Positions 25,028 through 37,739 of a DNA stretch of 64,000 bases are shown here, piece by piece; position 1 is the first letter of the stretch; every line of letters begins with the position of its first letter. The notes under the pieces are model-generated. The model did no database searches and was not told the origin of the DNA. It saw only the letters and a program-made list of their open reading frames with translations. This stretch comes from Pelomyxa schiedti. Taxonomy: Eukaryota; Protista; Evosea. The position numbers were made by a program, and so were the translations under genes. The stretch lies in assembly GCA_020536535.1 (NCBI GenBank), contig JAHLWZ010000191.1:21975-85974 (forward strand), read 5' to 3'.

Positions 25028-26119
25028 GGAGGAGGTGCCTGTGCGTTTTGCAGTTAGAACTAAGAAGTAATAAGCACTCAATTAAATACCAAGCGGATGA
25101 TGGCTCAATTCCCATATCGGCCTCTGTGTTTCTTCAACAATAGTGAAGCTACCACCAATAAATTTGTCTCCTACCACCGATTAAGAACAATGCACAGAGA
25201 AATTTACATCGTTTTTGCATGTTGTGTTCCAAGTTGGAGTTTTCGAAAAAAAAAAACAAAGACAAACCAAATCGCGATAGACATACCTTGGTATTGTTGT
25301 AATGTGTACTTGAAACAACGACCGTAGCGTTATGTGTCGGTGTTACGGGTGTGGCGCATCTCTAACTCTTTTTGGTTTTTATTTTTTTGTTTGTTTGTTT
25401 TTTGTCTTGTGTCTAATGTGTTTCGGCTTCCGCAGAATTTTCTGTTGAACTTTGCGTATTGCAATTGTGAGTCTCAATAGTGTTTTACCTTGCAGGATCT
25501 GAGGGATACCACTCGTAGTGTGTCTGGATTTCCCCATAGTCTTCTAGCTTTTGTTACCAGAGTCCATGGATCAGATCTGCTCCGAAATCAATCTAAATTT
25601 ATTGTGGTGTGTAGGGTTGGGTTAGCTGAAGAGGTGATGGTTAAGGGTTTTAGGAGCTGGAGTAAAATTAGTGCCAGTGAGGCTACATCAAACTCAAAAG
25701 GGTGACAGTCTCTTCATTGTTAACACCAAGTAGCGGCGAGCTATGAGGTTTTTCATCTGTGAAGGCTTCGTTGTGGGAAGGATCCTGTATTCAGTTGTTA
25801 CAGGAGATGGGCTCAAATTGTTACGTGGAACTTACATTGAGCCGCTCAATCGACTCCCATCCCAGGTACCTCATCAAAGAGCTCTCGAAGTGTAAGCAGC
25901 GAGAATGTCCTCTACTCATGCGAAACAGAACCACAATATACGATTATATAGAAACTCAAGGTACGGAACCGTAGGAAGAAAAAAGAGGCAACACCCGGTA
26001 GCACCACTAAACCTCTCTTCTTTTTCGTTCGAACGAAATTTTTGCAAGGAAAGGAAAAAAAATTTCATCATTTTTCTTCCTTTTGCGAAAAGTTGGAAGG
26101 ACTGATGGATTGTTGGGCT

Positions 26120-28340
26120 TCATTTCCTCAGTCCGTGGAAAGAACAAGAAGCACTGTGCTTGTCAATGCATTGCTTGGCCTGTCTTTTTTTCTGACTTGT
26201 TCAAAAATATCCAATTCACAGTGTGGCCAAGGCCTTCAGCCCCGCAAGAACGGAAGTGATATGCGGGCGCTATTCATGTAAGAATAAGTAAGAATGGGGA
26301 AAAAAATCAAACTTGGCAAGGGTCCTGATGCCAGCAGCTAGTGATTAAGTTTGCCTATTGTTGGATAAGTATTTTGTCAGAGACAATGGGCAACAAACCA
26401 AAAGAAAGGGGGTGGCGGCAATGCAGTGGTTCAAACTATGTGGACAGGACACACTGTATGGGACATCTGGCCGGTATCCTTGGGCCACCTCATGCATGAC
26501 AGTTTGCAAATCCAGTGTGCCAAAAGGCAGGGCCTCCATAAAAATTTCGAACAGGATCAGACCGGTAGAGTAACTGTGTACAGTGAAAAACTAAATATAA
26601 CTACAGGTAGGTACACGTCAGATTCCAAAGTCGACATTGCACCCCGGGATTGCAATTCTGGTGCCCAATAATAACCTTTTTACTACGTAAGCTTCAGAAA
26701 AAGAATAATTGGCTAGTACATGCACCACGAACACCTTCTTCAGGCTTGGATACAAAGTGACCACAACCAAAATCAGAAAGCTTTTTTAAATGAGAAATCC
26801 ACCTGATTGTGGTATATTTAAAATTACCTTCACAGAACACTGGGAATCCACCAAGAAATTGTTCAACTTGAGGTCACTGTTAGGAATGAGAAATAAGTAC
26901 TTATTCTGAGGTGATTAGATACCCATGCACGATGTTGCTACAGTGGGCAGTCGTGATGCCAAGCACCTGAAATACATAAATAAAAGGAAGTTCAGTGAAT
27001 TCACTACCACTTGAATGGCTAGGGAGAGCTTCGTTACAAAGGGTAATCCTTGCGCAATATGAAAGCTAAAACCTTGCTCTGGGTAGTGCACCAACATATC
27101 CAGAGTACCTGCCATCTTCTCTAGGAAAAGTGTTGGTACACCAGATGTAGAAATCCCTGAAAGAGAGTGAAAAGGCAAAAAGTGGAGTGGACAATAACAA
27201 GGTAAACGTACCAAACATAGTAGTGACGTGGGGACCAGCAGCATGTCTAAATATTTACAATTATCACAGGAAAGGAGGAACTGGGGCACAAAATGTAGAA
27301 GAAGGACCTCCTTCCACAACATCTCCCTCTCACACTGCTTGACAACCATTATTTCGTGATCCACCAATGCTGTGAAAGAATGAGATATAGATAACATTCA
27401 GCTCCCGTCTATATAAAAATGCAAAACATCTGTAGAAAACCTTTGTAAACCACACTAAAGTGGCCTCGGCCAATGACCTCGAGCAACTGCACATGCGAAG
27501 GCTCGATGTTCCGAATATGTCGTATTTCAGAACTCACAGTGGGTGTGCGTACCAGTGGGGCCATTTCGAATGGTCCCTCGAGCTTCAGCAGGGAGCCGTT
27601 GAACAAAGGGGGGTCCTCTACGGCCCTTCTCGCGGCCTCATAACGTTGGAAACGGAGCTCGGTCAGCTCCGTCGTTTTCTTCACATACAGAAGAGCTCTA
27701 ATCAAGTGTTGTGAGGAGAGTAATGCGAACATCTCGAGACAATACATATAGCGAGTTCGCGCGAGAACAAAGACTTCACTATTAACAAAAACGATGCACA
27801 ACATACGATTGGAGTGTGTTCGGTGCGAGATTGAGCGGTATTGTTATTTTTCACAGAGTGAGTTCACACGGGGGAGTCCAGGGAAACAGTTCTTTGATCC
27901 TGTCGACAGAAGTGCCTTTCGGCCACCGTTTTGTTGTGGTAACCAACCACCTCGTGGCCTCCATTGCCGTCACTTTTTTCTTTTTCTTGTTTTTTCATCT
28001 GGATCTTGGAGTTTGGATGGCATCTGTCTAAGGTGTCATTTACTTTCGTAGACAGCCAGCCGAAAAAAGACAGTGAGTGACATCGACTACTGGGTCGACT
28101 GAAACAAGCCCGAAGTTATCAACAGGTATTCTTGGTAATACATGAGTTTCTCAACGTACCTTCAGCTGACTGAGATTTGGTGCTCAGTGTTACATCTACA
28201 GAGGAAGCTGTGCTGCTAAACTTATTGCAGGTGTTGCTAATAGTTGCAATGAGACACATAGGCTGCTCTTTGGTTTTCAATGTCAGCAACACCAAATCAG
28301 CCGAATATACGAAAGCTGCACTCCTCCTTTGCCCTGTCAT
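26120..28340 (-). CDS. TKL-family protein kinase
   Basis: VQLLEVIGRGHFSVVYKG; IMVVKQ; IVHG|DLKLNNFLVD; ISDFG; YWAPE; D|VYSTGLILFEI; SCWHQDP..RP. N-terminal exons and start uncertain. Confidence 0.85.
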
Positions 28341-28727
28341 GTTTGAAGACTTGACTACTCTCCATTGTGTATTTCACTGAGGTTTGGTTTGTGTATGACC
28401 AGTAATGCAGGAGTTGGAAAAAGTGAGACCCTCCAGACAAACAAGTCAGTGGTCATCAGGCCAAAAACTGATTCGTACCAACGAGGGAAAAAAACCCGGC
28501 ACCAACCGTGTCATACCACAGTGTTTTTCTGAGAATAATTCCTTTACAGATCAAAGAGGTATTTGTAAAGAACGACACCGAGGGCAGAAGAATGGGGGGG
28601 AGAAACACTTTCATAACCTGTAAAACACTCAGTGGGGCTCTGGAAGGAGTTATTAACTGCAGATGGAATTCGACGATCTGCTGGACACTAAATTTAGTTT
28701 CTGTTCAACTCGACCCCGTTTTGTGTC

Positions 28728-28981
28728 ATGGCAGCGAGGCCAGACCGCACTCCATTGGCTCGGAGTGCATCGTCTACCACAAGTTCAGCGTCTACGTCGT
28801 CGTTGCGTTCGTCTTCTCGCGTTTCGTCAAGTACAACCGTGCTGAGCGCGGAGGAGCAGCACGAGCAAGCGGCGCTGCTGCGGGACTTGCCCGCCGCCAG
28901 GCCAGACGAGCGGTCCTGGTTTGCTCGCTTCGGCCGTCATTTTGAGGGATTCATCAGCGGCGTTGTTGCTGCCGCCGGTTC

Positions 28982-29014
<33 letters not shown>

Positions 29015-32000
29015 ACCGGGAAGCTCTGGAGTTGCTGCAGTGGGTGAGAACGTGAGGCGCGTGTTTGGTGTGTGGACGATGGAAAGGAGCAGCCTGAAGG
29101 GTATCCAGAGTAGCGAAAGTTGCAGGTGTGGCTGTGGTGCCAGAGTATGCAGGTGGTGCACGATTGGGTGCTGCTGGAAAGGGGGCGTTGGGATAGATGT
29201 GCCTCTATCCGCTGCTAACAAGTCTCAACTGTCGATGCTGGCCAGAAAATATTCGCCGTTTTTGTCAAGTTTGGTGGGTATCCATATGGCTGTGAGATTT
29301 GTGACTCACTGGTGACCATAAATAAAACAAAATGCAGTATCAAGGAGCCCTAAGTGCCCTCCCATCTGATGGCAAGTCAGACACACTGGGGATTTCATCA
29401 TTTCTGTTGCAGTGTGGTGAATTGAGCATGGTGTGCCTTGAAATACTTGAGCCAATGCTCACTCAGTCCTCAGTTCATGAGATTGCTAAAAGGTGGCTGA
29501 AACTTGCCTGTGGAGCACTGCAGGCCCACAATGTGTATACACACTTTTTTTTTACTCTGACCATTAAAACTGACACCTAGTTGGAATCTGGTTGTGCCCA
29601 CTGGATAGATCATGCCCTTTCTCGGCTCAGTGCTGACAGAAAAAAAAAGAATTTGTCTGAAAGCTCCATTTTTTTACCCCAGGTATCTACTTTTTAGTTT
29701 CCGTGTCTCATTGTATAGGATGGGGATGAAATAGAGTTCACAAAACTTGTGTGTACAGCATTATATTACAAAATTGAATTGCATCTTTCTTCTGCTGTGA
29801 CGGTAGTGCATATCATTTTCATTTACAAAAATGTAAAATGAAAAAATGCAGGAAGAAGAGCTGATGTCAGCCGTTTCTGTGGCATCCGGCCAATGGAACT
29901 CCTGGTTACTTTCGATGCAAACAAAGGACCCAAAAACAGTCTCAACCCAATTTCAATGCATGAGCCAGCTTCTTATGAAAGCAGCAAAGCGATTTGCTTG
30001 GACACAAGGTATTTATTTCTTGCAAAGAATAACCTTTCTCGTTTCTAATGGGACCAGAACACTCCAGTACAGAACATTTTTCAAGACTGTACCAATTTGC
30101 TTTTACCTGTGTTCTTATGTACTCTGATTCCTCCTCATTTTTTGATATCTGTTCAAAAACAACTTCACACTTTTCCTCAAGTATCCTTTCTTTCCATTGG
30201 TACAGAGGCTAACTTCTGCACATACTGCAGGTTCTTTTACTCCAGAAACCCTTTGGATGTTACACACTCTTATACATATAGAGATTTCCCATCTCAAATC
30301 ACAAGCTTTGGCAAAAAACACATCATCGACAGAACCATACCAATATGTAATTTGGGCTATAAATTTTGTATCACACCTAAGACAGGTTCCCCTCCCCCAA
30401 ACCCCAGCCCCCACTTTAATTTGTGCATTAAACAGAATCCTTCGAAAAATTTTGATATTTACATGAACAAAATCACGTTGCTCATACAAGAAATACTTGA
30501 TTTCTGTAAAATAAAAACTGGCAGGTTTGCGTAATACCAAACAACAAGCTTTCTGACTTGAAAGAAGGTTATGGGTGGGTTTTTATGCCCTGGCTTGTCT
30601 TCATGCCACTCTCTTTTTCTTTTCCAAAAGTGAAATTGGTATGACAATGTACATAATTAAAAAATACAGGGGCTAACTGTACGTCTTCTTTAGAAACTGC
30701 ATTGGTGTATCTCCTCAAGGCAAATTCGTCACTGAATCCATGTGTTACTGGGTTTATCCCGCCCAAACAGGCCTCCACAGAGAAACCCCTTCCTCTACAG
30801 TATACAGTCCTTCTTAAACTTGTGAAATGCTTGGAGGATATCAGAGTAAGACTTTTACAACTTCGAATTTGTACAACAAGTTACACTCTTTTTAAAAAAG
30901 AAATTTATTCAAGAGGATACAAGTTTCATCACAATGAAAACTATAAGTTACTTTGAGGTGACTATGAGATTATTATCCATGTCAATACATGAAGGGACAA
31001 TGTGGGAGATTTCATCCCCTGAATCAGTAATCTACTTCTTCATTCACCTTTTCTTACTTGATAATAGGCGAAAAAATCTTTTCTTCCTCTCCAGCCCTGT
31101 AGAGTTGAAGCACTCCGCCTCATCTCCAAAGTAATGCTCTAGTGAACACCTTTGGCAATTAAGCAATCAAGCTTACATCTTAGTAGGTGCTAATAGAGAA
31201 ATGTAAGCTTACCTCGCAAGCTCTCCATCTGATAGATGAGGTTATGGATATTGCCAAGACTTGCAACCTTACACCAGAGTTAAAGCAGACTGCCTTGCAG
31301 TATTTTCTCTTTTATTGTTCCCCACCCCTTTCTTAGTTTTTCTTTAGATTGTACAGTTTTGGTCTGAAAATGTACAATCACTCAGATTTTGTAAATGCAA
31401 TTCAAGTTCTGACTAGTGGGTCCAATGCAATACATTCTTATTTCTGAGTGACTTTATTTCAGAAAGCACTGAAATTATCAAAGATTATCGTCCTTGTTTT
31501 AAGGATGATGAACTCTCTCACAGTTATGAATTACTATTTTTGTGTTACAAAAAAGAAGGGATGATTAAGGTATCACTTTAATTTCCACAAATTGAAATAA
31601 ATTAAGAGCGCTATTATGGCTCTGACTGTTAACTCCCCTAGAACGCCTGTGAGATGTTACTTCAACAGTTAGAACTTTCCAGTGACCTTAACTGCATTAT
31701 TTGCATTGCCAACCGATATGTTCAGGTAAGGTTTATCCATTCACGAACATCTAAAAACCTTTCTTGAAGTGCCAGGAGGACTTGTTTCAAGAAACACCAG
31801 AGAAGTGGGTATCCAGTTCACTTGCATTTTTGGAGTCCCTCCATGCTACAAAAGTTACACCATCTACAATTACCCAAATTATCTTGCACCTGTTGTCATG
31901 CCTTCGTAACTCCAAGTGCGTCTTGCAGCACTGTTTCCCATGGTTCATAACTTTTCCCATTCAGATGTACTGTGCTTGTAATTATGTCTGTTATCAATGC

Positions 32001-35000
32001 AGCAATAACAATGTTGAATGAAACCCTGAGCCCCTTGGAAGTGGCTTGGTAAGTCTATACCCTTTCAAGACGTCTATTGACATTCCAGTCCCAAATAGGC
32101 TTCTGGTGGAGAAAGCAAAAATCTTGCGAGTTGAGAACCCTACAACTCATATGCCAGACCTCCTGTACTGCAAACAAGTCCTTGAAAAAGCAATAGCACT
32201 TTACAATTCCCAGGTAAAATGATTCTCTTTGCGTCGTGGCCTAACACTCCCTGAGACCTCAGCATCCCAGGATGAGCTAGCAAAGGCACACATTTGGATG
32301 GCAATGACGTCTGTTTTTCCTCAGAACAAAAATGAAGAGCCATCCAAGAAGATTGCCAATATTGCTGATGTATGCCTACACCTGGAAAGAGCCTTGACAT
32401 TGTGGGAAGGACTTCCACTTTCCACACCCAAAGGTCTGCTCCACCACCTAGGAATTACTTTCCCTTATGCAAAACTTAGGCACTTCGCAAACATTCACAC
32501 CTTCAGAATCTACACTACAAATTTTACGTTTGTTACCTTTTGTAATTTCTTCATCCTTTACCTTCAATAGAAATTATGGGAGATCTTTTTGGGTTCCTTG
32601 ATCTCTCTGCACATCAACTCAGATCCTATAAGCTCTTGTTATCATTTGTCGATATCACTGACACTGTTACCTCACACCTGTGTAAGTGGTAGGAAAAACT
32701 TTTTAGAAATTTATTTTCTTTGCAGCATCAATAGTTGCCTATTCCAGTATTAGCAACGCATTGTCTGAGCTCTCTTGCTTTCCAGAAGCACTCCAGTTTG
32801 TTGAAAAGTGCACCTCAATTCTGTCCGCCGTACCTGTGGACTCTTCTGACTTTTATTATGGCAGTCTACATATACTATACTCTAGGTACTTGTGTGACCT
32901 CAAACGGGGAGAATTGAATGATATCTCTGATGTTAAGTGGGTCTCTCACGGCAACTTTCTTTCCTAAAGTAATTCTAGAGACAAGCTTGTCACTTCAATT
33001 GGTACCCTGGAACAGAAAAAAAAAATGTTGTGGGAAGAAGCAATCCTGTTAGCTGAGCTTAAACTGCTCCTATCAAGGATATTACTATCACAGGTTTAAG
33101 GATTTCAATTTACACTCTTTAAAAAATATCAGGGGCAACTAATGCATGCATTCTTTGAATCAAAGAGAGCTTTGAAGAGGAGGAAAAGCGCCCTTCCTAT
33201 TACTATTGCACTGTTTGAGGGTGGCAATTCTGGGAAGTCCCTCACCAGTAGTCTTTCATATGGCTGTTTAAATCGAGCTCCAATCACTGAGTGGAGAGTC
33301 ACGAAGGTTTTTATTAGCACCTTTTGCTTGTTTATGGACGTTCTCTAAATAACAGCCAATAAAAAGGGTTTAGCAAGCAATCTGTTACACCAAGGCTGGC
33401 TTCATGAACTCAGAGATGAGGTGGCAGAAGCACACTCCTTATACCAGAGGTACTTATCTGGGATAATATCTTTTCATTAAGTTCCAAAAAATGCAGAGGG
33501 TTGGATCTAGCCAAACTGTGTGGGGCACCAAATCTCATATCAGAATTTCTACACGAACTTAGTGAACTTGAATATAGAAGGTTGTATCCTTGATTTCCCG
33601 GTTTTTGCTTCTTCTGACTTCCCTTCAGTGGAAATTTCGAACAGTGTTACATATATCTGAAGGAAATTGATTCAATTCAAGAATATGTGTGCATTCTTGG
33701 TAGTTTTTTTAAATCTCCTTAGCTGTCGGTTTTCTTCTTCTTGCAGCTTCGTCAATCAGATCTCCCAATTTATAATCCCATATACCACATCTTTGCAAAA
33801 ATGCGCACAGGTGATATCCATCGCAGGGAGTTTGAGCTGCCCATTGCCCTGGCTTGTTACCAGGAAATTTTGGAACTTGTTACACACGAGAACCGCTCTC
33901 CACATATAATAGTGAGGTACTATTTCTAGTAGTGAATATTGTTATATCACACTCAGCCGATAGGAGTGATGCAACCCCCCGCGAGTCTCGTGTTTTGAAT
34001 AACTGTTCTCCATTGTGGGAAGCATCTCAATCAAGCCATATTATTCCTTCTACACATTCCAGTCTACCTGGTACAAATATACTGAAGTGTGGCTGTAATC
34101 TTGGACTTAGCTATTGTTAGCAGTTGAGATTCCTTCTCTCAACGAACAAAGGCACATGGACACCTTGTTGGGTCGAGTTGAAGGAAGGATGGCAAGGCTT
34201 TTAATGATGCAAGGCAAAAACACACAGGCACTAGAGCTTTTGAAACAAGCATTAAAAAGGAAAAACTTGTCAACTGCCACCAAGGTTTATTTGTTCCATT
34301 TCCCTTCTTCAAAATTTCATCTTCCACCCCTTTCGATCTCCCCTCCAGTGTGTTCTCGACTACCACATCGGCCGACTCCACATGAAGATGGTTTCATATG
34401 CAACCAGCAAATTTCAACCGCATTTCGAGTCTGTGAACATATCTTCTCCAAGTATCTTCTTCATTTCTCAATCACACTGATGTTCATAGACTTCGAAAGT
34501 GCCTGCTCTCACTTAAAACTTGCTTTGCAATCTGCCCGTCACCTTGGCATACCAAATCTTGTGCAAGATATTGCACTGAGTTGCTCCGCACTCTATGGCA
34601 TTGTTGATCCCTCTATGGCCTCCCTGTACATAAGTTTGTTTGGCACAATGATGAATTTTTCTGTAACTGGCTGGTGCATCAATTAATCGAAGTCTTGATG
34701 CAGATATCTCCGTTGGCATTTCTCTTAGGCAACAAATGGCCTCACTCCTTTGTACCAACAGGAGGACTACCAGATTACACAGGAAAGACCCAAAGAAAGG
34801 TGCCCAACTGGATGATAGCCTGAGCATTTTGTGTGAACACCTGGAAAATGTGACACTCACGGTGACCTCCTCTCTCTCACAAGTATGACAGTGACGTGTG
34901 ACGCAGGAAACAGAAAGTAATTTAGAGAAAACTTTCACTTTTGAAGGCATTGATGATGCCAGTAGATTTGAGGTAACTACTGTTTCTTCTCACTTCCTGA

Positions 35001-37554
35001 TTCCTTTTTTAGTCGGAATATGTGGAAACCCTCCCTCCTACATGGGTTGTTTGCACCCTTGCAATGTCAGCAGAACAAGATAGACTCCTTCTTTGCCGCT
35101 TGCAAGTAAGCCAGTGTGTCTGTAACTCTCTCTACTAAAAGGAACCACAAGAATGGCAAAAAATGTGTTGTGGTCTCGCTTCCTGTTCAAGTGACCCCTC
35201 TTACAACATGCATGCCCGAAGACATTAACAACAGTTCCGTAACAATTGATAATGTGGTCAGTGAAGAAGAAGGGGAAGACATAGAAGCAGTACTTTCTGA
35301 TGGGAACACAACCTCTGACGGCAGTGAAAATAGTGATGAAGTTAGAAGTTCTCGTTGCACTGCCGCGGACCAAAGCTGCTTGGATGAAGCTGGTGATGAC
35401 TCAAGTGATGAAGACAATGATTCATCAAGCGAGTCCTGCAGAACTGATGAAGACAACACCGACGATGGAAGTCAAAGTTCACAGTCAGAAGACTCTGGGA
35501 GAGGGGGCTCCAAAAAGGATTCCAGCGAAGATGAAGAGGACAGCGATGACAGTGGCTCGAACTCTGGTAGGGAGGCCTCCGACTCAGCTCGCCGTTCGAC
35601 AGTGAGGATCAAACTGGCGAAAAATAAAGGTCTCTCACAAGAAATTTCTCCAAGGAGTCCCCTCGCATCAGCTTCAACCAGAGGAAAAACAAGAACATTA
35701 AAGGTGACCTCGAGTACAACGCCACATACTCGAAAGACGAAGAAATCATGTGACGTCTCTTTCACAGCTCCTGCCACTCCTACCACCCATAATAAACGCT
35801 TGTCCGCTGCCGTTGTGGATACTCCCCAAAGGCCAAGGAAAAAAACAAAAATCCAGGCGCTACAGGAAACACTCTCTGCGATAATGTCTAGTAATCATGA
35901 AACGGCATTTGCCAAACATGGGGACACGGAACAGGAGAGGCAACAGTGGTGGAGTAGGCGTGGTGAAGTAGACCAAAGAATGAAGGAATTATTGAAGTCC
36001 ATCGAGAATGATCTACTGGGAGTCTGGAAGGTAATTTTCTTTACACCTCCCTTGTGATAGTAATATAACAGGGATTGGTTATTGCCCCGCCTCTCGATGA
36101 CTGTATAAGATCAACAATGGAAGAGAGTATCACAAAACTTGTACGTCGGTGGGCAAACATTTCTACCAAGTATGCCCTCCTCCGTTACTCCTTATGACCC
36201 TCTCACCTGGTCTTTCTTCAAGTGTGAATTCTGGGCTGGTTGAAGCACTCTTCTACGCGAAACCATATCTTTCAGAAGAGGAAATTAAGGTGATTCACCC
36301 CATTCTGTCTTCAATTTATAATTCTCATTGGATAGACTTGCATTTCGTCACTGCTGCAAAATCAAGCAGACACTTGTGTGTTGCAGGTTTTTCTTCGCTT
36401 CCCTGGCTTTATTTTAAAAGTGGGATAAGGAGGTCAACTACTTGTGTTCTCTCTATGACACTGCTTTGAGTAATGCGGAAGCCCTTCAGAAAGTAAAAGC
36501 AGCTCGTTCAGTGAAATCGAAGCCTATGGCGTATGGGAAAATTAGGTGGGTTATTCAAATAACTTCCCTTAGATCCCCCGCCTCGGAGCTTGCTAGACAA
36601 CCGTTGATTTTAATTTTGGACAAGGAACTGCAAGCTCTTGCCTGGGAAAGTATTCCAGTTCTCAGAGAGCACCCAGGTTCGCTATTTCATGTCTGAAGAC
36701 CGAGGCCATTTATCTCACCACCCCTTCAGTGTCAAGGATGCCATCACTACCGTTTGTCACCTCAATGGCACATCGAGTGTTACACCGTGACCGCACTATA
36801 GCCCATGATATTCTCAGAGATGGGATAACTTCGTCTCGCACCTACTATGTGCTTGACCCTGAAAATAACTTGATGAATACGCGGGCAACATTTGGGCCGT
36901 TCTTTTCCAGGCATCCGCTCAATTCAATTTGCACTGTTGTTCACCACTAATGTCCACAGGCAACGCTGGCACGGGCTTGTTGGGGTTCCTCCAACGCCAA
37001 CAAATTTCAAAGGCGCACTTGAATCCAATGACCTTGTCATATACTGCGGCCACGGTACCGGTGAAAAATATCTTGCGGGTTCCTCCATCCAGCGCCTCTC
37101 ACGTTGCGGCGCAGTGCTGTTGATGGGTTGTTCCTCAGGACACTTGTCATACCAAGGTGAATGTGACCCAACAGGAGTGCCTTTGCATTACATGCTCGCA
37201 GGATGGTGTGTTGCTCCCCAAAAGGCCAAGCACCCGCCGCGACACTACGCACAGCGGAACACACAATCCTAACACTGCACTACGCACTAGGCATAAGATA
37301 AATATCTAACCATTGTGGCACACAGCCCCTCACTTGTTGCCAACCTGTGGGATGTAACCGACGGCGACCTGGACAAGCTTACCAAGTCGCTGCTGGACAC
37401 GTGGCTTACAGACACCGACGGCAAGACGAGCCTGCCCTGCGCCCTTGCCAAGTCCCGCACAAGCTGCCGTCTCAAGTACATCGTGGGCGCCGCCACCGTG
37501 TGCTACGGCGTCCCCGTGTTCCTCGCGGCGGCGCCATCACACGACAACCCGTGA
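28728..37554 (+). CDS. ESP1: Separase (peptidase C50) with long helical N-terminal region
   Basis: LILILDKELQALAWESIP; SRMPSL; YYVLDPENNL; IYCGHGTGEKY (catalytic His); LLMGCSSG (catalytic Cys); VANLWDVTDGDLD; YIVGAATVCYGVP. The N-terminal ~6 kb of multi-exon helical sequence is assigned by continuity. Confidence 0.9.
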
Positions 37555-37739
37555 TCGGTTGACTCGCCGTGCGTCCAAGCGCCGTGCGGCTAAATTAATT
37601 CCCTCCCCCAGATAGACTTTCTCATCATCAATAAACCGGCACTAAAAACGCGGCCGTTTCTCTGCCCGGTAGGAGAAAATGAAAACCCGGAAACCCTTCA
37701 AACGAACAAAGTGTCAAACCACTGCAGAACAAAAAAAAA

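Noticed and set aside
25450-26000. Possible small minus-strand gene (MSRGHSRCLHFESS..)
   Set aside because: Short, no recognisable motif, and exon phases could not be resolved.
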